Assembly (NCBI GenBank): GCA_026016245.1
Contig: CP061211.1
Coordinates: 10,930 to 34,929, forward strand
Reading direction: 5' to 3'
From: Candidatus Pacearchaeota archaeon
Lineage (GTDB): Archaea; Nanobdellota; Nanobdellia; Pacearchaeales; UBA284
Length of the DNA: 24,000 nucleotides
Under the pieces are notes generated by a model that was not told the DNA's origin, did not search any database, and saw only the letters and a program-made list of their open reading frames with translations. Positions 16,096 to 24,000 of the stretch are shown here, piece after piece. The position numbers and the translations under genes were made by a program. Each line of letters starts with the position of its first letter. Positions within the stretch are counted from its first letter, which is position 1.

Positions 16096-16492
16096 AGAGA
16101 TATTTAAAATTTCAAAGAGCATGGGAAGGGCAAAAGCATTAAAAGAAATGGCGCAAGAAAGATTTAGTGATGTTGAAAAAGAGAAGAAAACCTACAAAAT
16201 TATAGAGCAATATTATGAAGTAATAAAAGAACTTATAACTGCATTAATGTATCTAGATGGATTCAAAACATTGAGCCATAAGGCCCTTCTTTTTTATTTA
16301 GAAAAAAATTATAATAGATTCTTCAGTAAAGATGAGTTTATTTTAATAGATGAAACAAGAAGATTAAGAAATGATATCTTATATTATGGAAAAAAAATTG
16401 ATTTAACTTTCTTGACAAATAATGAAGAAAGAATAAAAAAGATAACAAATAAACTTATTAGGATAGTTAATAAAAAACTTCCCAACATTTAA
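16088..16492 (+). CDS. HEPN-domain protein (putative partner of the MNT protein)
   Basis: 134 aa, helical. ETRRLRNDILYYG near the C-terminus matches the RN-containing HEPN motif region. Overlaps the MNT gene by 8 nt. Confidence 0.75.
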   Translation: MIEEIFKISKSMGRAKALKEMAQERFSDVEKEKKTYKIIEQYYEVIKELITALMYLDGFKTLSHKALLFYLEKNYNRFFSKDEFILIDETRRLRNDILYYGKKIDLTFLTNNEERIKKITNKLIRIVNKKLPNI

Positions 16493-16498
16493 AGCAAA

Positions 16499-16506
16499 TT
16501 TTAAAA
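16499..16506 (+). promoter_or_regulatory. Candidate TATA box for the surface-protein operon
   Basis: TTTTAAAA centred about 25 nt upstream of ATG 16529, consistent with a leaderless transcript. Confidence 0.5.
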
Positions 16507-16528
16507 ACCTGAAAATCCTTAAAACAAC

Positions 16529-19500
16529 ATGGAAAAAAAGGTGAAGAAATTATTATTAGTGAGCATTTTTCTTGTTATGATTTTCTTGGTTTTGATGGTT
16601 AATGTTAGTGCTGCTGTTAGTTTATGTCGCAGCTCTGAGCTTGTTAAAGTATTTTGTAAGGGTATGGGTTGCCATCCTCTTTGGGAGTCTGTTGAATCTG
16701 AAACAGCATGTCAATATGAAATGTGGGGCGGCCCACCATATGCTAATTACTGTTATGATAATGGTTTTTATCCAATAGCAACAACCACACATAAAGGTTC
16801 GTCAAAAGCGTGTAGATTTGCAAAAACGATTACTGGTTGTGGCCTGTTGTATCGAAATCGTAAATGTTGGGGTATTTGTTCAAAAGGTGAAGAATATGCA
16901 TATAGAACAACAAAATATAATCATATGTTTATAAAAACTAAAATAAATGATACAGACATGATTCCAGATGCTCAGACTTGTTATAATTCTATTCTGTGCG
17001 ATTCTGGTTGGACTGAATATATTAAGTGGCATGATCATGTAAAAATAAGTCCAGGCGGAGATAGGTATCATTGTGTAAGAGTATGTGTTAAATGTGAGGA
17101 TGGATATGTTAATGTTGATAATAACTGGGATAATGGTTGTGAACCTGCTACTGGTTGTGATGCTGTTTGTTATGCTGCATGCCGTCAAAGACCATATCTA
17201 CCTACAGGGTGTCATACACCAATGATGGGTTGGCCACATCCTTTTTGTGAAAGCAGTTGCAAATGTCACTGTAGACATACCCCAGAAGATGGATGTATTC
17301 TGAATTATGCTGAAGACTGTGCTGCTCAAGGAGGAATTTGTCGTGAGATTGGTAATGGAGCAGAATGTCAGACTTTTGGTATAGAACATTGTAGTGGTTC
17401 TTGTCAGGTTTGTCAGAATGTGCTTGATGATATGCCTGATAATCATATTTTAATGATTGATTCTGATATTTCTGCTCCATTTGGCGGCTATGGAAAATAC
17501 TGTTTAAGTTTTGGAGGAACAAATAAAACAATTGATTGTGGAGATAATTGGATTACTGGAGGAGAAGGCCGTGTCACAGGAATTTTTGTTTTAGGCACTG
17601 GCCATACAATTCAAAACTGTAAAATAAAATCCTTTTACGGAGAAAGTGATGGCATTTGGCGAGGTGGGAGAGGAATACAGACTGTTTATGGTGTTAATAT
17701 TAATATAAAAAATATAGAAATAACTGATATAAAAGGTAAATCTAAATACATTCCTCCGGAAGAACCGCCAATACAATATTCAAGTAACAATAATTTTTAT
17801 CCAGAGCTAGAATTCCAAGGAGGAGGTTCTTGGGAACACTATCCAGGTGCGGGAATTGAAATATTAGCTAATACTGGACCTACTTTTATTGGAGCATATC
17901 TTTCTGATGTAAATATACATAATAATGAATGGTATGGTTTATATTTAAGACAAGGTGAGGTTAGTGTAACAAATTCAAGATTTTGTTTTAACAGTCAATT
18001 TGACATTAAAAAAGATGCTGGAAGTGTTAAATATCACTCTGGCCTTACTTGTGATCAAAATAAAGTTCCTGCTGGAGTGACTTGTGAAGAACCTTGCGGA
18101 CTTCCAGGAGAATGTGTTGTAAATTCAATAAGTGTCACACCAGATTGTGAAGGTGGTTCAAGTCCTGCCTGTGAGCTAGGTGAAGAGATAATGATAAGTA
18201 TAAGTTATTCTGGAACTGAGTGTCCTACTCCTTCTTATATTCAGGTCGATGCTAACTCTACTGGAGATCCTCTTGGTGAAAAATGTACTATTGCATGGAA
18301 ATCTCCTCCAGCATCAATCAAAGGAATGGAAACAACATGCACAAGCTCACCTTGCACAGAAAATTGGGTAATTAATATACCTTCAATTCCTTCTGAATGT
18401 TTAGGAAAAACAGTTTATGCTTGGGCAGTTGGCTTGTATGATGATCCTAGCTACACCCCAGGACATCATGTAACAGGCAACACAACTACAATTCCTTATC
18501 CAAGTTATGGTCATTTCACTTTTGCTGAAGAAGAAATACCACCAACAGAATGTAAAATTATAGATGCAGATGTTAAGACATATTGTGGAACTGAAGGATG
18601 TGATAATGGAGACAAAGTTGAATTGAATATAACAGTAGAAGATATGAGTAAGTGTGAGGCATTAAATGTCAATAAAATGCAAATAGATGCTTTTTCAGAT
18701 GCGCAATCACAACCAACAGGCATGGTTATTGGTGGAGGAGCTTTATGTAATGTTTATATGGTTAATTCAAGTGTAATAAAACAAGGTGATACTTATTTAG
18801 GAAATTGGACTGTTATAGTTCCTCAAGGCTGTCAAGGAGAAACTGTAGATGCGAATATAGCAAAAGTTTTCAATAATACTGGACAAATAGCACAAAAATT
18901 TGGAAATTTCGGATCTTTTGATTTTGTTGATGAACCTACAAACTGGTATGTACTTGAAGATATTAGTGTTTCACCTTCAGTTTTTGTTTTGAATATTACT
19001 GACACACAACAACTTGAAGTTATTGCATTAATGAAATGGGTAAAAAACAATAGCTTCTTTACTTTGGATGTAACCCAACAAGCAGATTATATTTCAAATG
19101 ATACTAGCGTTGCTTCTGTTTCAGCACTCGGCTTAGTTACTGGAATTGGAGATGGGACAGGAAAAATAACTGCAGAATACACACATTCTGAGGTCACAAA
19201 AGAAGACTCTAGTATTGTTAATGTCAGATATTTTGAAGATGATTATATTAGATATATTAATCTGGCTTTAAATAAATATGAAATTGAAATAAATGAAGAA
19301 ACAAGTTATGAAGTTAAGGCTTATTGGTCTAATGGTCTGACAACTGATATAACTTCTGAATCAGATGTTCAGAGTTTAAATCCAAATGTTGCTTCTGTAA
19401 ATCAAAATACTCATAGAGTTAAGGGAGAGGATGAAGGAATAGCCATCATAAATGCTAGCTATATTCATAATAATCTTCCTTATGGAGATGAAAAATTTAT

Positions 19501-20752
19501 AATTGTTACTGGAGAAGCAGTTGGAGAATATAATCTTTCAGTTGACACATGTGGAGATACATCTATTCCACCAGATGGAGATTGTGAAGATTTTATTAAT
19601 GTGAAAGGTGAAATAACTGTTAATCAAGAATCTTGGGGCATTGCACCACAAGAAAGATTCCCACTTCCTTCAGATAATTATAGAGTTTCTTTTGGTCCTC
19701 TTCAGGATTGGTATGAACCTGGGGAGATGTCAGTATTTTTGCCTCCAAATGTTTCTTTGATGGGTATTTATACTAAAGAGCCTGTGGAGTATGCTCTAAT
19801 AATTGTCCAAGCTAAAGATGAACAGACAGGACAATTTATCAATGCTTTAATTAACTTATATCTTGAAGATGATCTTGTTAATTCTACTATAAATGATGTG
19901 AGATATAATTATTCAGAGACATATCCTATTGAATTCACAGCTGAATTTGAAGACCAAAGTGGTTACATTACACCATCTAATTTAACAATAACAATTTATG
20001 GAAATGGAATTTATTTCTTTACAGTTTATTATGAAAAAGAAGCAGTTGGAGAATGTTTCTGTGAACCAAAGCATGTTCCTTGTGGTTTTTGTTATGATTT
20101 TTATTCTGAATGTGATGGCCCTCCACAAGGACCTGGACAAATAATTCCTTGTTCACCTGGTTGGATATGTAATTATGTGACAGGAAAATGTCAACCAACT
20201 TCAACCCAAGATGAGTGTCATGATAATGCTACTACTTGTAATATTATCACTGGTTGTTATTGGGATTATCCAGACATCCCTCCTCCTTATTGTAAACATT
20301 GCCAAACAGAAGGTCCTGAAACATGTTCAGGTTATGATAATCAGGGAACTTGTAATTTAGATCCTTGTGTTGTCAAGAATGTTGGTTGTCCTTCTGGTGC
20401 TAGTGACTGTAGATGTGAATGGGAAACTGATGAATGTATTCTTAAATATCAACAACAAACAAATGGAGATTTTTGTGAGATAACTTTAAGACAGGGGACT
20501 TGTGAAGAAGGTTGCCAAGGAAAAATAAATTATAGATGGCAAAATTATACTTGTGATCCTGGTTCATGTTCAGAACAAGCTTGCGTGGATTTAACCTATC
20601 CTCCCCCAGATTATACAAAATCAGAATGTGTGATTTGTCCGACACCTTTTAGAGAGCTTCCATTTTTTTCATGGTGGAATATTTTAGCTGTTGTGTCTGT
20701 ATTGATAGTGTTTTATATATTCATGCTTAGAAAAAAGAGAATTAATTATTAA
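16529..20752 (+). CDS. Large Cys-rich surface-anchored protein with beta-helix-like and Big-type (BIG2-like) domains
   Basis: 1407 aa. Signal peptide MEKKVKKLLLVSIFLVMIFLVLMVNVSAA; about 30 Cys in the first 265 mature residues; beta-helix-like segment (TIDCGDNWITGGEG...GHTIQNCKI...NINIKNIEIT); two Big-like segments (NDTSVASVSALGLVTGIGDGTGKITAEYT; LNPNVASVNQNTHRVKGEDEGIAIINASY); Cys-rich juxtamembrane stalk; C-terminal TM and RKKR. Confidence 0.8.
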   Translation: MEKKVKKLLLVSIFLVMIFLVLMVNVSAAVSLCRSSELVKVFCKGMGCHPLWESVESETACQYEMWGGPPYANYCYDNGFYPIATTTHKGSSKACRFAKTITGCGLLYRNRKCWGICSKGEEYAYRTTKYNHMFIKTKINDTDMIPDAQTCYNSILCDSGWTEYIKWHDHVKISPGGDRYHCVRVCVKCEDGYVNVDNNWDNGCEPATGCDAVCYAACRQRPYLPTGCHTPMMGWPHPFCESSCKCHCRHTPEDGCILNYAEDCAAQGGICREIGNGAECQTFGIEHCSGSCQVCQNVLDDMPDNHILMIDSDISAPFGGYGKYCLSFGGTNKTIDCGDNWITGGEGRVTGIFVLGTGHTIQNCKIKSFYGESDGIWRGGRGIQTVYGVNINIKNIEITDIKGKSKYIPPEEPPIQYSSNNNFYPELEFQGGGSWEHYPGAGIEILANTGPTFIGAYLSDVNIHNNEWYGLYLRQGEVSVTNSRFCFNSQFDIKKDAGSVKYHSGLTCDQNKVPAGVTCEEPCGLPGECVVNSISVTPDCEGGSSPACELGEEIMISISYSGTECPTPSYIQVDANSTGDPLGEKCTIAWKSPPASIKGMETTCTSSPCTENWVINIPSIPSECLGKTVYAWAVGLYDDPSYTPGHHVTGNTTTIPYPSYGHFTFAEEEIPPTECKIIDADVKTYCGTEGCDNGDKVELNITVEDMSKCEALNVNKMQIDAFSDAQSQPTGMVIGGGALCNVYMVNSSVIKQGDTYLGNWTVIVPQGCQGETVDANIAKVFNNTGQIAQKFGNFGSFDFVDEPTNWYVLEDISVSPSVFVLNITDTQQLEVIALMKWVKNNSFFTLDVTQQADYISNDTSVASVSALGLVTGIGDGTGKITAEYTHSEVTKEDSSIVNVRYFEDDYIRYINLALNKYEIEINEETSYEVKAYWSNGLTTDITSESDVQSLNPNVASVNQNTHRVKGEDEGIAIINASYIHNNLPYGDEKFIIVTGEAVGEYNLSVDTCGDTSIPPDGDCEDFINVKGEITVNQESWGIAPQERFPLPSDNYRVSFGPLQDWYEPGEMSVFLPPNVSLMGIYTKEPVEYALIIVQAKDEQTGQFINALINLYLEDDLVNSTINDVRYNYSETYPIEFTAEFEDQSGYITPSNLTITIYGNGIYFFTVYYEKEAVGECFCEPKHVPCGFCYDFYSECDGPPQGPGQIIPCSPGWICNYVTGKCQPTSTQDECHDNATTCNIITGCYWDYPDIPPPYCKHCQTEGPETCSGYDNQGTCNLDPCVVKNVGCPSGASDCRCEWETDECILKYQQQTNGDFCEITLRQGTCEEGCQGKINYRWQNYTCDPGSCSEQACVDLTYPPPDYTKSECVICPTPFRELPFFSWWNILAVVSVLIVFYIFMLRKKRINY

Positions 20753-20782
20753 ATTATTTTTTCCTGGTAAAAAAGAGGTGAA

Positions 20783-23461
20783 ATGATAAAAAAAGAAGGA
20801 GTGATTTTAGTATTAGTATTTTTTATTTTATGTTGTTCTTTTAGTTCTGCTTCTGTTATTCCTGGAAATCCTTTTTTTAATTTAAGTCAAGGAAGTTTTG
20901 GTCCAGGCCAAGTTCTTGAGGGTTATTTTAACTTTTCTTTGGAAAATGAACCTGGTAATATTATGGTTAGCGGGCAAGTTGCTGCTGAGATGAAAGAGAT
21001 GAATCTTCTTGATTTTTTACAAGAAGGAGAAGTAGATTTTAATTGTGATCCTAGTGATTGTGATGTTACTTACCAGGCATCGATTCCTTCCCAAACAAAG
21101 ACAGTAGTTCTTAGTGAAGAAGAGAAGTATTTTGGTTTAGTTGCTTTTGGTACTAATCCCCAGATTTTGAACTTAAGTTTTTATCTTACTGGACAAAGCA
21201 CTGCTAATCCTATTTGTGGTGAATCTCCTTTGAAAATTGATTTGCTTGATGATGGCATTATAGATTATGAATATAAAGAGCCAAGTGGAGAATGGTGTTC
21301 TGATTTAAGACATAGTAGATGTTATGATCCTTCTATTGCTACTGGTGTTTCTGTTTTAACTTCTACTCCTCTTTGCCAGAAAATTTCTCTGAATAAGACA
21401 GGAAGGTTAGAAGTTGCTGCTGAACTTAAAGTGTATAGTGGTGAACCTTGGGATTATGATATAGAATTTACTGTTTATGATTTAGGTGGTAGTTTAATTG
21501 GAAACTGCAGTGTTGATTATTTTTATGAATTAGAATATAGTTTTGCAAAATGTTTTATAGGTCCTGAATTTCTAGGAGAGGAATCAACATTCTTTATTGA
21601 AGAAGCAGGTGATTATCTTCTTTGTATCAGGAATAAGGGAACAAGTAGTGCAGAATATTGGATTAAAAAAGAAACTCAAGAAGAGGTTTGTGGTTTTTAT
21701 GGAGAGCCGCCTTCACAGACTTATAATGAGGATTATTCTATTTATGTTCATGAAGCTAAATTTAATGCTTTTACTGAGGAAGTTGTTTTTGATGAGAGCA
21801 TGCATCTTGGTGATGTTCCTTTAATGACTTATGTCCAGAATTATATTAATTCAGAATATGGAGGTAATTGTACTGGATTTAGTGGTTGTATTATTCCTAT
21901 AAAATTTATTTCATCAGCTAGCCAGACTTTGACATTGAGTGATATCAACTTCAAATATCACCCACAAGGCACTTCTCCAACTTATAATAATTATTTTTAT
22001 GATTTGATTGTTGAGTGGCCTAAAATTGATATGGATATACAGACAGTTCCATTCTCTATTCTTAATCTTAGTGCGCCTGAACAGCCAGGTTTCCAGATGG
22101 TTTTAGCTAAGATTGGAATAGCTTCGAGAAGTCTTGGTTTTGATGTTGCAGAAGTCCCAACAATCCAAAGTGTTAGTCCTCTTATTGTAATTCCAGGAAA
22201 GCTAACAGAATTTAGGACTGTTGCTACTGCTCCAGCTGGCAAACAGATTATTCAATATAGATGGGATTTTGGTGATGGTTCAGGAGAGCAAATGACAGCT
22301 GGGCCTAATATAACACATACATACAGCCAGATAAAAACATATATTTTAACTGTCAAGGCTCAAGATACTTCTGGTTTGGTTGGTTCAAGAACTTTTACTA
22401 TTACCAGCAATATAACCCGCGAACTTTTGAATACTACAATACAGAATTTAAGAATAAGATTGGATAATTTTGCTTCTCAGTACAATAATATTGAATATTG
22501 GTACAGAGATATGATTGGAGTGAATGTTACAATAATAAGCACAACCCTTGATGTTTTAGAATCTCAATTAGCTACAGCAACCCAAACACAGCTTCTTGAT
22601 ATTAAAAATGAACTTGATGCTTTGAATGTTCCAATATCTATAAATGATACTTTGGTTTTGAGAGATTCTCCTTATATTCCAAATTTAAATGAAATAGATC
22701 CAAGTTATGTTAGTGATATGACAGGAGAGGATTATGATTCAAATCTCAAAACAGAATATCAGAATGCTGTGGCTTTATGGCAGCAGGATAATGTTAATTT
22801 GAGATTAGGAGGAGAGGCAAAAGCTTTATTTTATGAAGATAGAATAGAAGATAAGATTACAGTTGTTAATATAAAAGTTGATCCTCTTGTTGGTATTTCT
22901 AATGCTTATGTTATTTTCTCCTTGCCTTATGGTGTTAGTTACAATGATGTCAGATTACTGCATGATGCATATGAAGTAAGTGATTTAAATGATGCTATTG
23001 GCTTTGTCTATACTGGCTTAAGTGGCTTGGAAACAATTAGTATAACATTGCCAGGCAAGGTTGATTTTTCAGATATTAATTTTTATATCTCACCTTCTCT
23101 TCAGGAAGTACAAGTAGGAGTACAACCTCTGACAGAGCCACCAAAGAAACCACCCTATCTTCTAGCAATATTTTTAATAATTGTTATTGCGATAGTTGTC
23201 CTTATTATCTTATGGTTTATATGGAAAGGCTCTGGGAAAAGAGAGAAAAAGAAGCTGTTCAAGAATCCTATGGATCTTTATCATATTACTAATTTTATTT
23301 CTAACAATCAAGCTGCTGGAGTTCCAAAAAACAAGATAATAGAGAGGCTGAAAAAAGCTGGTTGGTCAAAAAAACAAATAGATCATGCTTTTAAACAAAT
23401 TGGAAAACAGAAACCAATTTTTACACCTTCAGTGAAAAGAAGACCCACAAGAAGAATTTAA
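20783..23461 (+). CDS. Surface-anchored protein with PKD domain and single C-terminal TM
   Basis: 892 aa. Signal peptide (MIKKEGVILVLVFFILCCSFSSA), PKD motif (IIQYRWDFGDGSGEQMTAGPNITHTYSQIKTYILTVKAQD), TM (YLLAIFLIIVIAIVVLIILWFIW), and cytoplasmic helical module (AAGVPKNKIIERLKKAGWSKKQIDHAFKQI). GAGGTG ribosome-binding-like site upstream of the ATG. Confidence 0.8.
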   Translation: MIKKEGVILVLVFFILCCSFSSASVIPGNPFFNLSQGSFGPGQVLEGYFNFSLENEPGNIMVSGQVAAEMKEMNLLDFLQEGEVDFNCDPSDCDVTYQASIPSQTKTVVLSEEEKYFGLVAFGTNPQILNLSFYLTGQSTANPICGESPLKIDLLDDGIIDYEYKEPSGEWCSDLRHSRCYDPSIATGVSVLTSTPLCQKISLNKTGRLEVAAELKVYSGEPWDYDIEFTVYDLGGSLIGNCSVDYFYELEYSFAKCFIGPEFLGEESTFFIEEAGDYLLCIRNKGTSSAEYWIKKETQEEVCGFYGEPPSQTYNEDYSIYVHEAKFNAFTEEVVFDESMHLGDVPLMTYVQNYINSEYGGNCTGFSGCIIPIKFISSASQTLTLSDINFKYHPQGTSPTYNNYFYDLIVEWPKIDMDIQTVPFSILNLSAPEQPGFQMVLAKIGIASRSLGFDVAEVPTIQSVSPLIVIPGKLTEFRTVATAPAGKQIIQYRWDFGDGSGEQMTAGPNITHTYSQIKTYILTVKAQDTSGLVGSRTFTITSNITRELLNTTIQNLRIRLDNFASQYNNIEYWYRDMIGVNVTIISTTLDVLESQLATATQTQLLDIKNELDALNVPISINDTLVLRDSPYIPNLNEIDPSYVSDMTGEDYDSNLKTEYQNAVALWQQDNVNLRLGGEAKALFYEDRIEDKITVVNIKVDPLVGISNAYVIFSLPYGVSYNDVRLLHDAYEVSDLNDAIGFVYTGLSGLETISITLPGKVDFSDINFYISPSLQEVQVGVQPLTEPPKKPPYLLAIFLIIVIAIVVLIILWFIWKGSGKREKKKLFKNPMDLYHITNFISNNQAAGVPKNKIIERLKKAGWSKKQIDHAFKQIGKQKPIFTPSVKRRPTRRI

Positions 23462-23466
23462 TTTTA

Positions 23467-24000
23467 TTAAGAAGGTTTAGGAGCTGGAGGCAAAGGTTTT
23501 GGTTTTCTTACTGGTTTTATTGGCATTGGTTTTGGCTTTATAGGTCTGGCTATTGGTTTTGCAGGCATTCTTACTGGCCTTGCTGGAGCTCTTCCTGGTG
23601 GCATTCTTCTTACAGGCCTAGATGGCATCATTCCAGGAAACTCCAATTTGGGTTTGGCTGGTTTTGCTTTCTTCCTTTTTTTAATGGATAGGAATATTAA
23701 AACACCTAATCCTAAGACTAAGAAAATGATGAGAGTTGTTAGCCATGGGAACACACTTGGTTTTTTACATTTCCCTAAACAACATCTGCTTGTATCAGAA
23801 GCTTCAACAATTGTTCCGTCACAAGCAAGGCTAGCATTACAGGCAGTTCCTCCTAAAGACGAACATGAACTTAAACAGCTTCCATCAACACAACATCTCG
23901 TAGCCTCACTTGTCTCATACATTGTTCCAGAACAAATCTGTCCAGCTTCACAAGAAACACCAGGACAGGTTTTTGGAATACATTTCCCTCCTTGGATACA
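23467..24000 (-). CDS. Cys-rich repeat, single-TM protein with Lys/Arg-Pro-rich tail, partial at 5' end
   Basis: The track ORF starts at Met 23922, but the frame is open to the window edge (CIQGGKCIPKTCPGVSCEAGQICSGT-MYETSEATRCC...). Repeated Cys module, TM (FPWLTTLIIFLVLGLGVLIFLSI), and a basic Pro-rich cytoplasmic tail. Confidence 0.75.
   Translation of the reverse strand, partial: CIQGGKCIPKTCPGVSCEAGQICSGTMYETSEATRCCVDGSCLSSCSSLGGTACNASLACDGTIVEASDTSRCCLGKCKKPSVFPWLTTLIIFLVLGLGVLIFLSIKKRKKAKPAKPKLEFPGMMPSRPVRRMPPGRAPARPVRMPAKPIARPIKPKPMPIKPVRKPKPLPPAPKPS

Noticed and set aside
16880-20645. Minus-strand and alternative-frame ORFs inside the 1407-aa surface gene (16880-17188, 17198-17446, 17202-17531, 18511-18723, 20019-20204, 20442-20645)
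   Set aside because: Low-complexity shadow ORFs inside a long continuous coding frame with signal peptide and TM. They look artefactual.
1-24000. CRISPR array, transposon ends, integrase or prophage module
   Set aside because: No regularly spaced direct repeats, recombinase motifs or inverted-repeat-bounded element was found by reading the sequence and ORFs.

Overview
AT-rich archaeal chromosome segment, probably DPANN (inference from gene content, compact genes, TATA-type promoters and a tRNA intron). Core region, minus strand: rpoH - rpoB'' - rpoB' - rpoA - L30e-like - nusA-like - HemK-like methyltransferase - a truncated Dph2-like ORF. RpoB is split, but RpoA is a single A'+A'' fusion with an unusually short junction. 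Other supported content: a DUF429-family gene running off the left edge and overlapping an RNase P Rpp30-like gene; a TrmB-like regulator; an alpha/beta hydrolase; tandem tRNA-Arg(UCU, intron-containing) and tRNA-Cys(GCA) 2 nt apart; a GGDEF-domain protein with intact catalytic and I-site motifs (unusual in Archaea); TatD; Dph5; an HTH-MNT nucleotidyltransferase/HEPN pair; and a cluster of three large or Cys-rich surface-anchored proteins. The third of these runs off the right edge. No CRISPR array, transposase, rRNA or obvious mobile element was seen. Best leads: the compact fused RpoA with AAQS->TAES near the trigger loop; the archaeal diguanylate cyclase candidate; the truncated Dph2 in a window that also carries intact Dph5; the hydrolase gene starting 13 nt after a tRNA; and the surface-protein cluster.
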